Source: Candidatus Zixiibacteriota bacterium (lineage in GTDB: Bacteria > Zixibacteria > MSB-5A5 > SM23-73-2). From it: a DNA stretch of 64,000 bases. A program made the translations under genes and the position numbers. The stretch spans positions 15,522 to 79,521 of the forward strand of contig JAUWYR010000002.1 of assembly GCA_030615745.1 (NCBI GenBank). The letters are read 5' to 3'. Of this stretch, positions 62,186 through 64,000 are shown in pieces (the first letter of the stretch is position 1; each line of letters opens with the position of its first letter). The notes under the pieces are model-generated. The model had not been told where the DNA came from. It saw only the letters and a list, made by a program, of their open reading frames with translations, and did no database searches.

Positions 62186-63802
62186 ATGAAATTAGTAACT
62201 TCTGAACAGATGAGAAATATTGACAAGAAAACAATTACGGGAGTGAAAATCCCTGGTCTGGAGCTGATGGAGAAAGCAGGGAGAGGTTCTGCAGAGGTGG
62301 CAAAAGAGATGCTTGGGGGTGAGGTGGAAGGTAAGAAGGTTTTGATCTTCTGTGGTAGAGGAAATAACGGTGGGGATGGATTTGTTGTGGGGAGGTATCT
62401 TTCTCAGTGGAAAGCAGATGTCTCCTTCTATCTTTTAGCTAAAAAAAATGATTTGAAAGGTGATGCAAAGACCAATTTAGAAAAAGCTGAGAGACTAAAT
62501 TTGCCCATCTATGAGATTCTGAATGAGAAGGATTTGCCAAAAATAAAAGATACTTATTTGATAGTGGATGCGATCTTCGGAACAGGTTTCAAAGGAAAAG
62601 CAGAAGGGTTGGATTATGAGGTGATAAAATTCATCAATGAGTCTGACTCCTCTGTTTTAGCTATCGATGTCCCCTCAGGACTGAATGCTGATAACGGAGA
62701 GATTGAAGGTATATGTGTGAAAGCTAAAAGCACAGCCACAATGGGTTTACCCAAAATAGGTCATTTTTTCCATCCAGGAAAAGACTTTTCTGGAAAGGTA
62801 AAAGTCATAGATATAGGTGTTCCTGAGGATGTGATAGATGAAGAGAATATAAATCTGAATGTGATAACAAAAAAGATGGTATTGGCTTTACTTCCCCAAA
62901 GAGCAGGTGATGCTTACAAAGGGAGCTGCGGCAGGGTTGTCTTGATCGCCGGGTCAACCGGAATGACTGGTGCAGCAGCCTTAGCATCCTTGTCCTGTTT
63001 AAGGGTGGGAGCCGGGATGGCTATTTTGGGTCTGCCTAAGACCTTAAATGATATAATGGAGACAAAGTTAACTGAGGTTATGACCGAACCTCTGCCGGAT
63101 GTGAGAAAAAAGGGTGCTTTAGCTTTAAGAGGTCTTGGTGAGATAAATCAACTTTTGAAATGGGGAGATTGCCTGGCTTTGGGACCAGGATTAGGTCAGC
63201 ACTTCGAAACAATTGAGTTAGTTAGAAGATTGGTCAAAAAGACCAATTTGCCAACAATAGTTGATGCAGATGGTCTGAATGCTTTAGCCAAAGATAGCTC
63301 CATTTTAAAAGAGATAGACCTGCCTTTGATTTTAACACCCCATATTGGTGAGCTACAGAGATTGATCGATGTTCCCTTAGAGGAGATTGCAAAGGATAGG
63401 ATAAAGTATGCGATAGAGTCTGCCAAGGAGTTCAACTGCATTTTAGTTTTCAAAGGTGCTCCAACGATTGTCGCTTTTCCAAAAGGTGAAGCTTTTGTTA
63501 ATTCAACTGGAAATGCTGGGATGGCAACCGCAGGGTCAGGGGATGTTTTAACCGGGATAATAATCGGACTTTTAGCTCAACTCCTTTTCGATGAAAAAAG
63601 AAAAGATGAAGATAAGATGAATTTAATGTTAGATTCAGCCAAAAGTGGAGTTTTCATCCATGGCTTAGCCGGGGATTTAGCTAAAGATGAGAAGGGTGAG
63701 ATGGGGATGATAGCCGGGGATATAATGGAGAAGATACCAGAGGCTTTGAGAAAGCTGTCAATGGTCAACGGATCGAGCGGTCAACGGATGAAACGGATTT
63801 AG
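62186..63802 (+). CDS. nnr: Bifunctional NAD(P)H-hydrate epimerase/dehydratase
   Basis: GNNGGDG, DVPSG, TPHIGE and AGSGDVL motifs. Confidence 0.95.
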   Translation: MKLVTSEQMRNIDKKTITGVKIPGLELMEKAGRGSAEVAKEMLGGEVEGKKVLIFCGRGNNGGDGFVVGRYLSQWKADVSFYLLAKKNDLKGDAKTNLEKAERLNLPIYEILNEKDLPKIKDTYLIVDAIFGTGFKGKAEGLDYEVIKFINESDSSVLAIDVPSGLNADNGEIEGICVKAKSTATMGLPKIGHFFHPGKDFSGKVKVIDIGVPEDVIDEENINLNVITKKMVLALLPQRAGDAYKGSCGRVVLIAGSTGMTGAAALASLSCLRVGAGMAILGLPKTLNDIMETKLTEVMTEPLPDVRKKGALALRGLGEINQLLKWGDCLALGPGLGQHFETIELVRRLVKKTNLPTIVDADGLNALAKDSSILKEIDLPLILTPHIGELQRLIDVPLEEIAKDRIKYAIESAKEFNCILVFKGAPTIVAFPKGEAFVNSTGNAGMATAGSGDVLTGIIIGLLAQLLFDEKRKDEDKMNLMLDSAKSGVFIHGLAGDLAKDEKGEMGMIAGDIMEKIPEALRKLSMVNGSSGQRMKRI

Positions 63803-63835
63803 CGGATAATCTGTTTAATCAGTTAAATCCGTTGA
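63764..63835. repeat. Inverted 9-mer arrays upstream of the GxxExxY gene
   Basis: caacggatg aaacggatt tagcggat / aatctgttt aatcagtta aatccgttg. Confidence 0.75.
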
Positions 63836-63851
63836 TGGTCTTTTGTTAATT

Positions 63852-64000
63852 ATGAACAAGAGTATACCTCATCAAGAACTCACTTACAAAATTATTGGAG
63901 CGGCAATGGCGGTTTATAATGAGTTGGGTCCTGGATACAAGGAAGAAATCTATCAGAAAGCTTTAAAAGTAGAGCTTTCCTCTAATAACATTTCTTTTGA
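63852..64000 (+). CDS. GxxExxY family protein (partial, runs off window)
   Basis: MNKSIPHQELTYKIIGAAMAVYNELGPGYKEEIYQKALKVEL. Confidence 0.9.
   Translation, partial: MNKSIPHQELTYKIIGAAMAVYNELGPGYKEEIYQKALKVELSSNNISF

Overview
AT-rich bacterial chromosome segment spanning the replication-origin region. Genes left of ~16 kb run mostly on the minus strand (dnaA-dnaN-dciA-gyrB-gyrA, rex, an RsbU/W/V-like partner-switching trio). Genes to the right run mostly on the plus strand (rpmH-rnpA-yidD-yidC-mnmE-mnmG-rsmG-parA-parB, MoxR/DUF58/BatA, nfo, murQ, cobB, pyrK/D/F, nnr). Gene content and a C-terminal TWGKIK motif suggest an uncultured FCB-group lineage such as Zixibacteria (inference only). No rRNA, tRNA, CRISPR array, integrase or transposase was seen. 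Three unusual layers sit on this backbone. (1) A family of about 13 tiny 15/18-nt double-mini-hairpin insertions ending in CAAGAG. They sit in frame inside gyrB, rnpA, rsmG, batA, TPR and HEAT genes, and nest inside each other and inside a palindrome. A second 15-nt family (CCTGGYCGRRCAGGC, 5 copies) behaves the same way. (2) At least four cargo cassettes (HicBA, orphan HEPN, radical SAM, type III-like RM) are each bracketed by degenerate direct duplications of the adjacent host gene end or start, with no recombinase nearby. (3) Many REP/RPE-like palindromes, 7-mer arrays and 9-mer arrays, the last lying next to a GxxExxY gene. A decayed mobile-element remnant lies between dnaA and rpmH. All alignments were done by eye and protein calls come from motif recognition, not database searches.
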